Below, one piece after another: positions 13,010-25,241 of a stretch of 64,000 nt of DNA (its first letter is position 1; each line of letters begins with the position of its first letter). The DNA comes from Hyaloraphidium curvatum SAG 235-1 (Eukaryota; Fungi; Monoblepharomycota): assembly GCA_025558095.1 (NCBI GenBank), contig JAIVFI010000023.1, positions 1 through 64,000 of the forward strand, in the 5' to 3' direction. A program made the position numbers and the translations under genes. The notes beneath the pieces were generated by a model that made no database searches, had not been told where the DNA came from, and saw only the letters and a program-made list of their open reading frames with translations.

Positions 13010-13386
13010 GTAGCGAACATTGCTGCGTCGCCGCGCTTCGAAATGTAGATCGCAAAGAAAACATCTATCGCTTCTCTCGATATCTCCTCCGCATCTCGCC
13101 CTCCCCCTGTGTCTCTATACTGGCCATACGCAGCGGGCCAACCCCGTCAATCCAGATCACCTTCCTCAGAGCCTTCCCTTGGTTCCATCCTCGGCGCCCA
13201 AACACTTTCATTCCTTCGTTTTATCAAAAGACGCCGACTGGAAATGATAACTGGTGCCGGGTACCGTCGATCGTTTTGGTAGTGCCGCATTCCTCCTCCC
13301 ACCTGGTGCGGGATCTGGCGCCGGCTAGCTTTAGGCGCAGGGAGTCCTCCCGACCAATCCCTTCCCACTCCGAACCGTGTCCTCCA

Positions 13387-14947
13387 ATGGCCTCGAGCGC
13401 GTCCCCCCCCGCTGCGTCCCCCTCTGCCGGCTCCCCCGCGTCGCTGCTGGGCGGCGAGCGCGTGCCGCTACCGGGCGCGCCGGGCGGGCTGCCGCTGGGC
13501 GTCGGCGGCGTCGGGCTCGGCGCGGGCGGGCTCGCCTCGCTGCTCGGCGGCGCGCGCGTCGGCGGCGCGGGCGTGATCGGCGGCAGCCTGAATAGTATGC
13601 AGGGGAACTTGCAGGGGAACTTGCCGGGCGGCCTCCCCGGGATGGGCGGGCAGGCGCAGATGGGCGCGATGGGCGCCGCGGGGATGGCCGGTGCGGGGCT
13701 GCCGAGCCTCGGCCAGGGCGGGCTGGGCCAGGGGGCGCTGCAGGGCGGCAATCTCTCTGCGCTCCTTTCGGCACTCGGTGGACCCCCCCAGCAGCTGGGG
13801 CAGCTGGGGCAGCAGCTGGGCTCCCAACCGGCCCTCCCTCCCCCCCAGCCCGGCTGGAACGCGCTCACCTCGGCGTCGGGCTTCGCCAACCACGCCGGCG
13901 GCCACCTGCCGCCGCCGCCGTCGGAGGAGGACAAGATCTACGGCCTCATCCTGGACCTCACCAACCCGGCCACGCGCGAGCAGGCGCTGCTGGAGCTGTC
14001 CAAGAAGCGCGAGGCGTACGAGGACCTGGCGCCCATCCTGTGGCATTCTTTCGGTAACCCACCCGTGCAACATCGTCCTTCCGTTCATCTGACACCCCCG
14101 CTCCGCGGTAGGCGTCATCTCGGCGCTGCTGCAGGAGATCATCTCGGTGTACCCCATCCTCTTCCCGCCCACGCTCACGGGCCACGCCAGCAACCGCGTC
14201 TGCAACACCCTCGCGCTGCTGCAGTGCGTCGCCAGCCACAACGAGACGCGCGGGCTGTTCCTGAACGGTGATCCGTGGAGCCCGCCCGCGTCGAGTGCAG
14301 CCGCTGATGCTCCCTCCGGTCGCGCCAGCCCACATCCCCCTCTTCCTGTACCCCTTCCTCAACACCACCTCCAAGACCCGCCCCTTTGAGTACCTCCGCC
14401 TCACCTCCCTGGGCGTCATCGGCGCGCTCGTCAAGAACGACTCGCCCGAGGTGATCCAGTTCCTCCTCTCGACCGAGATCGTCCCCCTCTGCCTGCGCAT
14501 CATGGAGTCCGGCAGCGAGCTGAGCAAGACGGTGGCCATCTTCATCGTGCAGAAGATACTGCTCGACGATTCGGGGCTGGGGTACATCTGCCAGACCTAC
14601 GAAAGGTTCTACGCCGTCGCGACGGTGCTCAACAACATGGTGGGGCAGCTGGTCGAGGCGGGAGGGGGCAACGGGGGAGGGAGGCTGCTGAAGCACGTGG
14701 TGAGGTGCTACCTGCGATTGTCGGACAACCCGAGGTGCGTTGCGCCGGGGGGCAGTCGGCTCCCCATGCAGAACGTGCTGACGCCGCCGCCGATGGGAAC
14801 AGAGCCCGCGAGGCGCTCCGGCAGTGCCTCCCCGACCCGCTCCGGGACGGCACCTTTGCCGGCCCGCTCAAGGACGACGTGACGACAAAGAGGTGCCTGG
14901 CGACGCTGCTGGTGAACCTCGGCGAGGGCGGCGGGATGGTCGGGTGA
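13387..14947 (+). CDS. CNOT9: CCR4-NOT subunit 9 (Rcd1/Caf40) with Gly/Gln-rich N-terminal extension
   Basis: [86 protein letters not shown]; 3 introns. Confidence 0.96.
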
Positions 14948-15177
14948 TCCAACGGAGGCACGGTGGATGGCTGCCCGCGCAGCTAGGATCGATGCGATGT
15001 ATACCTTTGACCCGACGACGATGCCATCGACGGCACATCGCGGTCCCCCCGCCCATTCCGCACGGTCCCCCACACCGCGCCAGAGCCAGAACGGCCCGCC
15101 AAACACCCGACGGCCGATCCTCACTCCCTCCTGCCACCCCGCGCATCCCGCCTCGAGCCCCGCCCCGCCCGCCAAAG

Positions 15178-15987
15178 ATGTCCGACTACACCGCGGAGGA
15201 GGTCGCCAAGGTCCGCTCCCGCCCCTTGGCCGACGGCGGAGGGGGCACGTGACTGACGGTCCGCCCGCCGCTCCCAACCGCGATGCGTTCCGTGCGATGT
15301 GCCGGTGGCGCGGGCGGGAACAGCACAACACGGAGAAGGTGCGGTGCCGTGGACGTGGGGCGGATGGGGGCTGACGGGTGCGCGGACGTTTCTTTCCTCC
15401 CCCTCCCGGCCGGCTGCGGGCTCGCTGCACCCCCGCTGGACCATTTCCGATGCTCGCTGCGGCGTGCGTGCCCGACGGACGTGTGCGGCGGCATCGCTAT
15501 TGTCCGCCGCGGTGTACAGGACGCCTGGTACGTCCCCCTTCCCGCGTCTCGCCGGACGGGCAGCTGATCCGCCCGGCCCGGTCAGGATCATCATCAACGG
15601 GCAGGTGTACGACATCACCGAGTTCGCCAACGACCACCCCGGTGCGCTTTTCCGGGGCGACGGGGCGGTGTGGAGCTGCTGACGCCGGCGCGATCCTCCT
15701 CCCCTCCCGACGGACCGAACCCCCTCGCGTGCCCGCAACCGATCCGGCTCCCCCCTCCCCCGCCCGCCTCGCGTGCGGCGCCCGCAGGCGGCAAGAAGAT
15801 CCTCATCAACGTCGCCGGCAAGGACGCCAGCAAGCAGTTCGAGGCCTTCCACAACGTGGAGAAGGTGCTCAAGAAGTTCGGCCCGCAGCTGCTCAAGGGC
15901 AAGGTCAAGGGAAGTGGGTGTCCCGTGCGCCGCGGCGCGGGGGGGATGGGTGCTGACGGTCGTTCGTTGGAAGGCTCGAAGCTCTAA
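15178..15987 (+). CDS. Small soluble cytochrome b5 with micro-exons and C-terminal SKL
   Basis: Spliced MSDYTAEEVAK|HNTEK|DAW|IIINGQVYDITEFANDHP|GGKKILINVAGKDASKQFEAFH...GSSKL; HPGG heme motif. Confidence 0.88.
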
Positions 15988-16186
15988 ACGGAGGTGTTCG
16001 GGCGGATGTAGATGGGATAGAGGGTCCTTGGTTCTTGAGTCGTTCGATGCCGTCTTGCCGTCCTACCGGCTCCTATCTGGCTCGTCCAGAGTGGTCCGGC
16101 TTCCTTCGGACCCGGAGCTCGACGTTGTTGACCCGACGCGTCGGCCCGACCGCCTCCCGCCTCCTCCATCTCCCACCCCTCCCGCG

Positions 16187-16953
16187 ATGTCCGCCGCCGC
16201 CGCTCCCGCAACCGATGCCCCCGCGCCCGCTCCTCCGTCCAAACCCCGCGCCGCGCGCACGGACATCTTCGTCCTCGGCTTGACCGGCGGCATCGTGGGC
16301 CCCTGTTGCGTCCCGCCTCGATCCCGCTCACTCCCCTCCCGGACCAGGCCTCGGGCAAATCCACCGTGGCGAAGCAGCTCGCCGCGCCCCCGCACGGCCT
16401 GCGCGTGGTCGACGCCGACCTGCTCGGCCACCGCACGTACGAGCCCGGCACGGCGACGTACAAGGCCGTCGTCGCCGCGTTCGGGCCCGATGTGGTGGCC
16501 GCGGACGGCAAGATCGACCGCAAGGCGCTGGGCGGCAAGGTGTTTGGCAAGCCGGAGGAGATGAAGCGGCTGACGGACGCGGTGTGGCCGGGGATCCGCG
16601 CGCTCGCGCTGGCGGAGTTCGACGAGGCCGCATCCAAGGGCGAGAAGGTCGTCGTCCTGGAAGCCGCCGTGATGTTCGAAGCCGCTTGGGAGGACCTCTG
16701 CCACGCGGTGTGGGTGTGCGCCGTCGACCCGGACGAGGCGGTGCGGAGGGCCGTGGCGCGGCAGCCCGGCCTGGACGAGGAGGGGGCCAGGAGGAGGCTG
16801 GCGAGCCAGATGGGGAACGACGAGAGGGCAAAGAAGGGGGATCACGTGCTGTGGAACGACGGGTCGGTGGAGGAGCTGAGGGAAAAGGTTGAGGAGGCCC
16901 TCGAGGAGACGCTGAGCGGGGTGGGGTGGACCGCGGGGCGGCTGGATGATTGA
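16187..16953 (+). CDS. Dephospho-CoA kinase (CoaE family)
   Basis: VLGLTGGI|ASGKST P-loop across one intron; VDADLLGH; IDRKALGGKVF; RLASQM. Confidence 0.92.
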
Positions 16954-17242
16954 ACGGACTCAATGCTGCGCGAGCGGATGTCGAGTACGTTCTCCTTTGG
17001 AGCAGAATGCCGTTTTCCGGGTCCAATCTTGGAGCGATTCGGAGTCCTCGAGGCTGTCGCATATACGCTCGAACATCGCACGTAATGCGGTCAACGCGTA
17101 GCGTCACCCGGCGTCAGAGGTGCAGCACCGCGGCAAGGCGCAACGGATCCGCGGATAGTTTTCGTTTGCGGATGGGTTGCCGAGGAGGAGCCGCCGGACG
17201 AATCACGCGCGAGGCGCGACGCTTCCGCAAACACGCTAGACA

Positions 17243-18564
17243 ATGACTCCCGCAAGAATCCTGCCTGCCACGCCGCGACGAGGCCGACTCACGCCTCTTT
17301 GTGGTCTTTGCGCTCTTCCCACTTGCCCTGCTCCACCGCTTCCGGGCCGGCGGGCCCGGCCAGGACACGTCACCACTGCGTCCGCGGCCTCTCCGGGCTG
17401 CTCCTCCTCCAAAGCCGCCCCGACAGGTGGGTTGCTTTCCCCTCGTTTCCACCCCCAGTATTGCACGGCGCTTTTGCAGGTCGCCGGCCGGCAGTCCGCC
17501 TGCATCTTCGTCCTCGCGCGCAACGACGACGTCGGCCAGCTTTCCGAGGCCATCGCCTCCTTCGAGCGCGCATTCAACGCGCGCTTCCGGTACCCCTACT
17601 TGATGGTCAGCGACGTGCCCTTCGACGACTTCTTCGTGCGCGGCGTGAAGGAGGCGATCGCGCGGGCGAGAGGGATCGGGACGGGGGAGCTGAACAGGAC
17701 CGAGGTCGAGTTCGGGGTGGTCCCGAAGGAGCACTGGGAGATGCCCGAGTTCATCGACAAGGAGGCTGCGGAGGAGTGGAGGACGATGATGGGGCCAGCG
17801 GGGGCAGACGTTCCATACGGCTCCTCGAGATCGTACCACAAGAGTGGGCTCGCGGTTGCAGTTGGCTGCGAGACCTCGGCTCACCCCCCACTCCTTTTCT
17901 GAAGTGTGCCGCTACCAATCCGGCTTCTTCTTCCGGCACCCGCTCGCTCTCAAGTACCGGTACTACTGGCGCCTCGAGCCCGAGGCCAAGTTCTTCTGCC
18001 GGATCGACTACGACGTGTTTGGGTTCATGGCGGGCAACGGGATCAAGTACGGCTTCTCGATCATGATGTCCGAGTTCGAGGCGACTGTACCTTCACTCTG
18101 GTGGGTGGCATTGGAGAGCGCGATCGTGCGTTGGGGTGAACGATCATCTCTTGTGACGCCCACAGGCCACTCACCTTCCTGTACGCCAAGCAACATCGCA
18201 TCAACTCGACTCTGCTCAGATTCTTCGGCGATCCGTTCAAGATCGAGCACAACGACTGCTACTTCGTGGGCCGGCTTCCGTCGCGCGATCTCCCCGCTCT
18301 TGCTGATCCCATTCCTCCGGTTCCCAGTGGAGCAACTTCGAGATCGGCAACATGTCTTTCTTCCGCTCCCCCGCCTACCTCTCCTACTTCGACCACCTGG
18401 ACCGCTCCGGCGGCTTCTTCCTCGAGCGCTGGGGCGACGCCCCCGTGCACACCCTCGGCGCCGCGCTCTTCCTGTCCAAGACCGAAGTGCACTGGTTTGA
18501 AGACATCGGGTACGAGCACTCCGGCAAGGCGACGTGCCCCGTGGACGACGAGGACAGGGGCTAG
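17243..18564 (+). CDS. Glycosyltransferase family 15 alpha-1,2-mannosyltransferase (KRE2/MNT1-like); start uncertain
   Basis: FVLARNDD, FNARFRYPY, SYH..CRYQSGFFFRHP, YYWRLEP, WSNFEI, GGFFLERWGDAPVHTLG, FEDIGYEH. Confidence 0.9.
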
Positions 18565-18824
18565 AGGTGCGAGTGGTGTCCGGAGGGCAGCTGGAACCCC
18601 GGGGGATGCATTGGAGAGTGACTGGAGTATGGTCCGGTGCCGCTCATTGCTCCCGTGAAGATAGTGCAGGACGAAGACAACGGCGACGACGAGTAGGTCG
18701 TTGCGCTCTGGATCTGATGGGTCTAGCGGAAACTTTGCTCGAGCCTCTCTCTCCTTTGGTTAGGATCCACTCTGGCAACCGCCATTTGTCCGGAGGCGAC
18801 GAGCATTCGCCAAGATAGAACGAA

Positions 18825-20924
18825 ATGTCGCTCGGTTGCGGGCGCGTGATGACGCAGCGCGTCGCGTCAGGTGCCCCACTTCGGATGCTGCCGCGCCACC
18901 CACTGGAAAAGGCCCCCCGCGCAATGTCGGGGTCCAACTCCCGCTGGTTCGATGCCTGCAAGTCCGGCAACAGCAGCCTGGTGCAAGAGTACCTGCGCCA
19001 GGCGGGATTCGACCCACGGGTGACCGACAATCTCGGACAGAATGGACTCCACCTCGCGTGCCGGCACGGACATTTCGCGTTGGCCTACCTGCTGCTGCTC
19101 GACGGCCGCATCGATCCGGCCATGCGCGTGGCGGGCTCGGCCTCCGGCTACGACGCGATGCACCTCGCGTGCGGCAGGCGTTTGAATCCCAAGGACTACG
19201 AGGGGGACCCAGCTGTCGCCCTGAAAATGCTGCCGGAACTGCTAGCCGCTGTGCGCCCCGCCTTGTTGGACTCCTTAGTCCACGGTCGTACCGCCGAGGA
19301 CACGGCCAGACAGAAGGGACACGATTCGTTGGCCACGTACATCGCCACATGGAATCGCGCGAGAGCCTCCTTTCTCCTCGGGTGTCGCGCCGGCGACGTT
19401 GACGCTGTGATCGAAGCCATGGCCTGGTCCTACGTTCCGGCCGTTGCTTGCAACGCAACCGACGCGGACGGAAACACCGGGCTACACCTGGCTGCGCAAG
19501 CAGGCCACGTGGAGATTGTTCAGACTGTCGTTCATGCCGCCGAGGTTAGGGACGACATGCGGCGGTTCAGCATCGACGTGCGTAACTGCGACGGAAGGAC
19601 TCCGCTTGCGGTGGCCGTTCTTGCAGGACAACGTGCGATCGTGGCCGAGCTCCTCCAGCATGACGGAACTTCCGTGAACATACACCTGGAGGACAAGAAC
19701 GGGGATACGCCGTTCCACCACGCTGTCCGGAGCCACAACAAGCGGATGATACGCGAGTTCCTGCGCGTGCGGCGCTCAACGGAGTTGGTGACTGCCAGGA
19801 ACAAGACCTGCCAGACGGCTCTTGATCTGGCCGACGCCGAAGAGCTCCGGATGTTCGAAAAGTACGATCGCATCCTCGGAGTCGACCTGCGGACAATGGA
19901 GATCGACCGTGCGCACGTAACTGTCGATGAGTCCCGCGTCATCGGACGTGGCGGGTTCGGGATCATCAGGCCTGGAACACTCCATGGGCAGCCCGTGGTG
20001 ATAAAGCTGCCCTTGCATGCCGATGGCAACCCCCACGACGGGGACGGGAAAGAGCGTAAACGTCATTTCTTCAAGGAGGTGCTTTATTGGATGCTCGCGT
20101 TCGAATCCGACGACATCGGGACTCCGCACCCAAACAGTAAGTTGCCGTGCATGCGCGGTTCTCCGGCGGGACCCCTCCTCATCTGCTGGCTCCGATTCCC
20201 AACAGTTTTCCCCTTCCTCGGCTACAGCCGCTTCTACGCTCTAATGGACGCCCGGGAGCCTGATCCGAACGGCATCACCGGTCCACGCCCGATTATTGAT
20301 CCGGAACGTGATTGGCTTGAGGGCTTCATCTGCCCTCACGCTGATGAGAGCCTCTATCTATGGAGCTGGTACAAGAAGACCAAACCGGACTTTTGGGAGC
20401 GGGCACTCCATTTTCTTTGCGGTGCTGCGGCCGGAGTGGCCTACCTCCACTCTCTCGACCTCGTGCATGGGGACCTTTCCGTGGGCAACATATTGATCCA
20501 CGGAGGCGAGGCCAAGATCTGCGACTTTGGCCTTACATCCATGCACCCGGGCGGCGAAAACACGGACTCGAGCCGGAACGACCCCGTTCCACTACGCCAC
20601 TTTCCAGGACCAGTCCCCTACCTGGCTCCGGAACTTATCGAGCAGCCCGCAACTGAACGCTTGCGGAAGCGTACGACGGCAACGGATGTTTATGCGTTTG
20701 GGATAGTTTGCCTGATCGTGGCGCATCGAGAGAAAGGAGATCCCGACTTCGCACCGATCCAGAAAGGCAACTGGAAAGGTCTAGATCTTCCGTCGGACGT
20801 TCCGCTCACGATCACCAAGGACCTCGATGCCCTGACAAGGAAGTGCTGCAGTCCCGAAGCCGCCAAGCGGCCGAACATGGAAGAAGTGAGGGACGAGCTC
20901 GCCAGGCTCGGGCAGCTATTGTGA
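18825..20924 (+). CDS. Ankyrin-repeat + TKL-type protein kinase (start possibly 18924; probable in-frame intron near 20120-20205)
   Basis: Ankyrin motifs GLHLAC, TGLHLAA, TPLAVA, TPFHHA; kinase GRGGFG, VVIK, HGDLSVGN, DFG, YLAPE, DVYAFG, KRP. Confidence 0.88.
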   Translation: MSLGCGRVMTQRVASGAPLRMLPRHPLEKAPRAMSGSNSRWFDACKSGNSSLVQEYLRQAGFDPRVTDNLGQNGLHLACRHGHFALAYLLLLDGRIDPAMRVAGSASGYDAMHLACGRRLNPKDYEGDPAVALKMLPELLAAVRPALLDSLVHGRTAEDTARQKGHDSLATYIATWNRARASFLLGCRAGDVDAVIEAMAWSYVPAVACNATDADGNTGLHLAAQAGHVEIVQTVVHAAEVRDDMRRFSIDVRNCDGRTPLAVAVLAGQRAIVAELLQHDGTSVNIHLEDKNGDTPFHHAVRSHNKRMIREFLRVRRSTELVTARNKTCQTALDLADAEELRMFEKYDRILGVDLRTMEIDRAHVTVDESRVIGRGGFGIIRPGTLHGQPVVIKLPLHADGNPHDGDGKERKRHFFKEVLYWMLAFESDDIGTPHPNSKLPCMRGSPAGPLLICWLRFPTVFPFLGYSRFYALMDAREPDPNGITGPRPIIDPERDWLEGFICPHADESLYLWSWYKKTKPDFWERALHFLCGAAAGVAYLHSLDLVHGDLSVGNILIHGGEAKICDFGLTSMHPGGENTDSSRNDPVPLRHFPGPVPYLAPELIEQPATERLRKRTTATDVYAFGIVCLIVAHREKGDPDFAPIQKGNWKGLDLPSDVPLTITKDLDALTRKCCSPEAAKRPNMEEVRDELARLGQLL

Positions 20925-21014
20925 CTTCTTGGCCTTCTAGCCTATGTACATCTATGCCGCAATTCGCGGCCAAACATTCACAGCTCTCTTCCTTCCAACG
21001 ATCCAGGACCGTCC

Positions 21015-23848
21015 TCACGAGCTCAGCTTGAACTCGGCAAAGTCGGCCCGCTCCTTGTGCTCCAGCAGCTTGCGGTGGAAGGCCACGGCGCCGGGGGTGT
21101 AGGGCGCGCCGCGCTTGAACGAGGCGAGGACCTCCTTGTTGCCCTCGGCGTTCTGCGGGAGTCGTTAGTCGCGGGCGAACCAGGCAGGAGCGGATGGACC
21201 CCACGTAGTAGCCCTACAAAGAGAGGACGATCAGCACGGCGTCAAGAATCTGCAACGGAACACCACACACCGGCGTGCACTCCTCGAAGTAGGTCGACCG
21301 GTCGATGGCGACCTTGACGCACTCCTCCGCCCACGCCGTCTCGGCCTCGCGCGTGACCTCGGCGACCTTGACGCCCCGCTTGACGAGCTCGGCGATGGCC
21401 CAGCCGGTCCATTCGGCGTAGTAGAAGTAGACGCTGGGGAAGTTGACGCTGACGGCTTCGGCGGGCGGAGGGCGGGATCAGGGACGGGCCCGTTGGGGGG
21501 GAGATGAAGGGAAATGCCTACCGCCCTGGGCGTGTCCGTAGTACCAGAGGTTCGGGAAGTCGGAGGTGCAGAGGCCAAAGAGGGTGTTGATCCCGTCCTT
21601 CTTGAACTTCTCCGCCCGGGTGATGCCGTTGCGCCCGATGAGCTTGAAAGTGTCGCGGGACGAGCTGTTCGAGCGGCACAGAGGAAGCCGCGTCAGCTTA
21701 TAGCCGGCGCCATCCGAGGCACGAGACGAACCCGGCGCCGACGCTGAACCCGGTGCCCCAGATGATGCAGTCGACCTTGTACTCCTTGTCGCCGACCTTG
21801 ATGCCCTCGGGGGTGATGCCGCTGATGCCCTTGGTAGGGACGGTGTCGACGAGGTGCTGCAGAAACCAACGATGAGTCAGAACGGAATGGAGCTGACCCC
21901 GCCGGCCTACCCACGACGTTGGGCTGGTTGAAAACCTGGAGGAACGTGTCCGAGTACACGGGACGCTTGCAAAACTGTTGAATAAGAGCGCCGCGCGCGC
22001 CAGGAGGGTGTGGGTGTTGTCAGCAGCCGAAGGCTTTTGAGCGGCGCGGCGAGCGACGAACCAGGTTGTACCACGGCTTCAGAAGCTCGGCGGTCTCCTT
22101 GTCCTTGACGATGTCGTCGACCCGCTTCCGCAGCCTCTCCATGTGCTTAAAATCCGCCAGCTGGGCACCACCCGTCAGCCCCAACCCTCGAAGCCAGCAC
22201 ACGCCCCACGGACCTGCATCAGCTCCGGGATCGTGTACTCCTTCCCCTCCCCCGTCGTCAGCTGCCTCTTGACCAGGCTCCAGATGGTCCGGATGCTCCT
22301 CGAGAAGCCGTCGTCGAGCTCCACCTCGGGCTGGATGGGGCTCAGCGGGCCCAGGGCGCCGATCTGGAATGCGTCGTCGCGGCGGCGCTGCCAGCCCTTG
22401 GGCTGGGACTTGTACCACGCCTCGTCGGTGGGGATGTTGTCGCGGGTGTCGACGGCTGAAGGGGTGCGCTCTGCGGTCCGAAGGCGGTAAGCTGGGTACG
22501 GGAGTCCCGCCGGGCAACACCAACGGAAGACGTAGAGCTCCTTGGCCCACTTGGCCAGGTGCGGGATGGCCTGGATCGAGGTTGCGCCCGTCCCGATGAT
22601 GGCCACGCGCTTGTCGGCCAGGTTCTTGAGCTCGTACTTGCCGTCGCTGGCGCCGCCCGTGTACTCGTAGTCCCACCGCGCGGTGTGGAACTCATGCCCC
22701 GCGAACTTCTCGATCCCCTCCACGTCCGGCAGGTGGGGGCAGTTGATCGGCCCGCCCGCGCAGACCACGAAGCGGGCGCGGAAGGTGTCCCCGCGGTCCG
22801 TCCTGACGGTCCAGATGCCGTCCTCGTCGGACCACTTGATCTCCCCGACCTCGGTCTGCCACACCGCGTGCGGCTCGAGGTCCCACTTGGTCGCGAGGCG
22901 CTTCACGTGGTCGCGGATCTCCCAGGCCTCGACGTACTTGTGCGTGGGCTGCCGAGCACCGGGAGGGCGAGGAGGGAAGGGAGGGGAAAGAGATCAGGCC
23001 GCGAAGATGGGTCGACCCCGCCCTAAGGGCGCACCATGTAGCCCGTCTCCTCGAGAAGGGGCAGGTACTAGCGAGAGCACTGTCAGAGGGATCACATCGC
23101 CACGCCGCGAAGCCCGACTCACGCAGTAGGCCTCCGAGTCGCAGGCCGCGCCAGGGTACCTGACGGACGACACGGATTAGCGCCCGTCCTCCCCCACGCG
23201 GGAGCAACCAAAGCCGACCTGTTCCAATACCACGTCCCGCCGTACCCGTTGGCCTTGTCGATGATCCTGAAGTCCGTGATCCTTCCGATCCGAGGTCCCC
23301 GTCAGCCGCCTTCCCCTTCCGAGCTGCCCAAGACGCTCCCACCCGTTGTTCTTCAGCATAGTTCCAGTAAGGATGCCCGAAAACCCTGCTCCCAGGACCA
23401 GCACGGTGACGTCGGCATCGATGGGGGCGCGCTCCGCCTTGGGCGCCCAGGGGTCGTCGAGCCAGTGCGCGTACTTGGCGCCCTTGCCCTCGCCGATGGT
23501 AATACTGCGTTGCAGGAGGCAAATAGGTGAGCACCGAAGACTGTCGGGTGGACGATCCGGGGGAGCCCAACTATTGGTCCTGGAAGTCCCCCCGGATCCT
23601 GCGGTCCCGTTCGCTCAGATACTTCGATTTCAAAGCCTTGGCTGGAGAAGCGCAGCAAGGAGGCGAGGGAGGCGGGAATAGGACGAGGGAAGGAGTGCCG
23701 AGCGCCGCCGGGGAGCTCGCTTCGTCAGGCCGTGTCCCCCACATCGGCGGCGGCGCCCACCGTCAAAGTCGAACGCCCAGAAGTCGTTCTCGGGCGCGTG
23801 GCCGTTGCCGTTGGCGTGGCCGTTGGGCTGCTCGGTCTCGACGGCCAT
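21015..23848 (-). CDS. Baeyer-Villiger monooxygenase (FMO/CHMO family), many introns
   Basis: VLGAGFSG, GGTWYWN.YPGAACDSE, fingerprint FAGHEFHTARW, IIGTGATSIQ, KPWY..FCKRP, IIWGTGF. Confidence 0.92.
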
Positions 23849-24487
23849 CGTGGGCGGGGTTCGGGTCGGAGGAGGTGGGGAACAGGCGAAACCTTTCTTC
23901 CGAGGGCGCCGCCCCGAGCCGGCCGCCGCCAATGACTAACGTGGCGTTCGCCACAACAACATCGGGGCAAGAAATGGTAATCGGATCGGCTTTCTACACC
24001 TTCTGGTATCCTGTTGCCCAAGCTGCGTTCTTGATCGGGTGTGTTTCGCGGTCCCGGGGCACCGCGACGACCGCGCAGCCGTGGTCCCCTCCCCGTCTAC
24101 CGATCGGCACAACGCCGGTCAAGAGGATCAAATGCCCTGCGAATTGAAGTACATTCGGTGATCAACGGACGGGCAGGCATCCGCTATTGGTGCGCCCCCG
24201 AGCGGAAGCCAAGTGCTCCAGATTCAAGCGGCGGGGTGGGGGGGGGTGGGGGGATGTGGCGGCCGCGGCCAGCACCGAATCAATCAGGAGCAAAGCACAG
24301 CATCGGGCGGCTTTATTCTCGACCAGCTCTCTGCCAGCCTTCCGGAAGGCACCAGCGGACCCCCGCCCGCCTCCCGACCTTGGGCTCCGCAGGGGACCCT
24401 GACCGCACCCTGAACGGACCTCGAAACTCCGTCACCCCCATCACCGCCGCACCACCGCGCCCCGCCTCTCGCGCGCTCCGAAACACG

Positions 24488-24810
24488 ATGGTACGCGCTT
24501 CCCTCTGCCCGCCGCTCTCCGCCCTCACGCGCCCGCGCAGGCCGACCCCGCCGCCGAAGTGCCCCCGTACGGCCCGCCCCCCGGGCCCCGCCGCACCGTT
24601 GAGCGCTGACCCCCGATCCGCAGGGAGGACCCCGCCACCGGCGCCGGATCCGGCTCCGACGGCGAGGGAGGCGGCAAGGGCAAGGGCAAGGGCGGCGGGA
24701 AGGGGAAGGGAGGGGCAGGCGGGGCCGAGGGCGGGAAGGGGAAGGGCGGCGGCGGCGGGGGTGCCGAAGGGGGGAATGGCAAGGGCGGCGGGAAGGGCAA
24801 GGCCGCCTGA
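24488..24810 (+). CDS. Tiny 71-aa Gly/Lys-rich peptide (3 exons), absent from the ORF track
   Basis: ATG|GTACGC..CGCAG intron (24491-24540), 26-nt exon, second intron 24567-24623 with GCTGAC branch; product MADPAAEVPPEDPATGAGSGSDGEGGGKGKGKGGGKGK...GKAA. Confidence 0.7.
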
Positions 24811-25241
24811 GCGTCGACGTTGCCCGCAGGGAGGGATTCTTTGAGGAGGTCGGGGACGACTCGGTGCGGATCCGGGTCCGGGACGCGACCGGGGACCTCC
24901 CTTTCGACGCGTAGGATTTAAGTAACCGGAGGTATCGAAGGTGGAAAAGAGACTCGTTTCTTGCCTGTTTCCCACCATCCGGGTCTGCGATCCGCTTGAA
25001 CTGCCTTGATCCGAGCGGTTTCGAGTCACGGGGAGAGACACTACTCCTGGGACTCCACCCTCGCCCAGGACAAATGAAGTCCAGGAAAGAACTCCAGCCT
25101 GCTATCCTATTCCGTTTCATGTCGATCTAAATGCTGAAAGTTAACTGTCGCCTGATCTTGTTGCAAAACGCGTGGCGGAGGCAAGCGGAGTGGGGGCAAC
25201 GCGGGAGACACCTCGCACTCCAATCCCACCTCCGCGCCGCC

